DNA from: Acidimicrobiales bacterium
GTDB taxonomy: Bacteria; Actinomycetota; Acidimicrobiia; Acidimicrobiales; Bog-793
Direction: 5' to 3'
NCBI GenBank assembly: GCA_050015255.1
Contig: JBEKBT010000004.1
Location: 3,551-67,550 of the forward strand
DNA: 64,000 nucleotides
In this document: in pieces, positions 62,506-64,000 of the stretch
Layout of the letters: every line of letters starts with the position of its first letter
How positions within the stretch are numbered: the stretch's first letter is position 1
Program-made: the position numbers and the translations under genes
The notes under the pieces: model-generated
Told to the model about the DNA's origin: nothing
The model's input: only the letters and a program-made list of their open reading frames with translations
Databases searched by the model: none

Positions 62506-64000
62506 GTGACCGCGCTCAGCGCCGTCGCGCTCGGCGCCTCCGCCATCTCGATTCTCTGCGCCGACTTGCGCTGGCTCCGCGTGGCCCAGCGCGAGCACTA
62601 CCTTCCCGGGGCGGCCGTCCGTTTCGCGTGGCGCTGGTGGGTGGGCACGCCGGTCAACATCGGACTCGGTGTCGTGGCCCTTGCCTGTGCGGGAGCGGCG
62701 GCGATCGTTCCCGGCGTGGCCATCGGGGCGGCCGCCGCCGTGGTAGCCGGGCCGGTCCGCCTTGGCCTCAGAGGGCGGACGTCGCGCCTCGCCTGGACGC
62801 GCCGGATGTCACAAGTGGCTCTTGTCACCGTTGCCCTCCAAGTGGCCGCCATCGCCCTCGCCGGCGCCTTTGCTGGCCTGCCGGGCGCCGTGCTGGCAGC
62901 TGTGCTCAGCGCGATCGGCTCTCCCTTGTTCGTCGACGCGGCGCTCTCGGTCCTGCAGCCTTTGGAGAACCTGCTGGCGCAGGGGTATGTGCGGCGCGGG
63001 GAGGCGGTGCTTGCCCGGGTCCAGCCCATCGTGGTGGGTATCACGGGATCGTACGGAAAGACGACGACGAAGAACTACGTCGCCTACCTCCTGGGTGGGG
63101 ATCGCAGCGTCGTGGCGAGTCCCCGCAGTTTCAACAACCGCGCCGGCTTGTCGCGCACGGTCAACGAGCAGCTGACACCGGGCACGGACGTGCTCGTAGC
63201 CGAGATGGGTGCCTACGGTCCGGGGGAGATCGCGGCACTCTGCAGCTGGCTGCGGCCGGAGGTCGCCGTCATCACTTCCATCGGGCCGGCACACATGGAA
63301 CGCTTCGGCTCGCTCGACAGGACGCTCGAGGCCAAGGCGGAGATCACCTCGAACGCACGCGTCGTGGTGCTCAACGTCGATGACGGCCGCCTCGACGGCC
63401 TGGCGAAACGTCTCGATGCGACCCACAAGGTGGTGCGTGCTTCTGGAACCGATGCCGGCGCGGACGTGGCCGTGTTGGCCCACGACGAAGGGCTCGAGCT
63501 ACGAGTCGCCGGCAGGCCGTCGGGGGTCGCGGTGCTCGCGCCGGGGACTTCTGCGCCCATAAGGACGAACGCGGCCTGCGCGGCTGCGGTCGCGCTCGAG
63601 CTCGGCGTCCCTCCTGAAGCGGTGGCACGCCGCCTGGCCTCTTTGCCGAGCGTACCGAACCGCTTGCAGCCCTACCGGGCCGAGGGTGGCTATCTCGTGC
63701 TCGACGACACGTTCAATGCCAACCCGGCCGGTGCCCGCCACGCCCTCGAGGTGCTCGGATGTGAGGCGCCCGCGGGGCGGCGGGTGCTCGTGACGCCCGG
63801 GATGGTGGAGCTTGGCAAGTCGCAGTCGGCGGAGAACGCCGCCTTTGCCGAGACGGCCGCGCGTGTCGCCACCGACGTCGTCATCGTCGGCAGGACGAAC
63901 CGGGCGGCGCTCCTTGCGGGTTGCGGGCGGGAGGGACCGGGGCCGCCGGTGAAGCTCGTCGGCAGGCGAGAAGAGGCGGTCGTGTGGGCGCGTGCCCAGC
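62506..64000 (+). CDS. Mur-ligase family protein (MurF-like) with N-terminal transmembrane region, 3'-partial
   Basis: This frame is not in the ORF track because it runs off the window, but it is open from GTG 62506 to 64000. It starts with about 170 aa of hydrophobic segments. Then come the Mur-ligase P-loop GITGSYGKTTTKNY, VAEMGAYGPGEI, ITSIGPAHMERFGS and DDTFNANP. Confidence 0.8.
   Translation, partial: MTALSAVALGASAISILCADLRWLRVAQREHYLPGAAVRFAWRWWVGTPVNIGLGVVALACAGAAAIVPGVAIGAAAAVVAGPVRLGLRGRTSRLAWTRRMSQVALVTVALQVAAIALAGAFAGLPGAVLAAVLSAIGSPLFVDAALSVLQPLENLLAQGYVRRGEAVLARVQPIVVGITGSYGKTTTKNYVAYLLGGDRSVVASPRSFNNRAGLSRTVNEQLTPGTDVLVAEMGAYGPGEIAALCSWLRPEVAVITSIGPAHMERFGSLDRTLEAKAEITSNARVVVLNVDDGRLDGLAKRLDATHKVVRASGTDAGADVAVLAHDEGLELRVAGRPSGVAVLAPGTSAPIRTNAACAAAVALELGVPPEAVARRLASLPSVPNRLQPYRAEGGYLVLDDTFNANPAGARHALEVLGCEAPAGRRVLVTPGMVELGKSQSAENAAFAETAARVATDVVIVGRTNRAALLAGCGREGPGPPVKLVGRREEAVVWARAQ

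Noticed and set aside
62628-63562. Track ORFs 62628..63383, 62762..63175 and 63209..63562 as genes.
   Set aside because: They are out-of-frame shadows of the MurF-like CDS (frame of 62506), which carries the Mur-ligase P-loop and stays open to the window end.
1-64000. CRISPR arrays, rRNA genes, IS transposases, integrases, prophage or toxin-antitoxin/defence modules.
   Set aside because: I scanned both strands. I found no spaced direct-repeat arrays, no rRNA-like conserved segments, and no ORFs with transposase, integrase, phage or defence-system motifs. The only mobile-type elements supported are the intein and the 139-nt MITE-like insertion.

Overview
This is a high-GC, densely coding chromosomal window. 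Gene content looks Actinomycetota-like: an SCO2322-type ECF operon, DUF2630, an NrdR box, and an MMP-I-type encapsulin. I support about 57 protein-coding genes, 2 apparent pseudogenes, 3 tRNAs, 1 cobalamin riboswitch, 1 intein, 1 MITE-like insertion and several short tandem duplications. I saw no rRNA, CRISPR array, transposase or prophage.

The main finding is a sulfur supercluster of about 20 kb on the plus strand (35811-56040):
- It opens with cysK-cysE, tusA and dsrE.
- Next comes a type-II sulfur-oxidising heterodisulfide-reductase-like set (hdrC1-hdrB1-hdrA-hyp plus a fused hdrC2/B2-like gene).
- A lipoate-assembly set follows: two LplA-like ligases, a GcvH-like LbpA and two radical-SAM enzymes.
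- Then come etfB-etfA, a membrane Fe-S oxidoreductase (EMO-like), a second LbpA and a second DsrE-family gene.
- It ends with a Family 2A (MMP-I/SrpI-like) encapsulin gene overlapping a cysteine desulfurase. The desulfurase has a long disordered N-terminal cargo-loading domain.

Each module belongs to a known family. Their fusion into one locus is the most interesting signal here.

Other notable items:
- A class II RNR (nrdJ) carries a LAGLIDADG intein.
- A cobalamin riboswitch drives an ECF transporter operon that starts with a split transcobalamin-like pair of secreted proteins.
- A GH63-like glucosidase gene is inactivated by a 139-nt palindromic insertion and also by an in-frame TAA.
- A glycosyltransferase-like membrane gene is frameshifted at a G5 run.
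- An NfeD-flotillin-ClpN-domain trio is present.
- A lower-GC membrane gene lies just downstream of the sulfur cluster.

The many long antisense or out-of-frame ORFs in the track are high-GC artefacts. All function calls come from reading the translations by eye. No database search was run.
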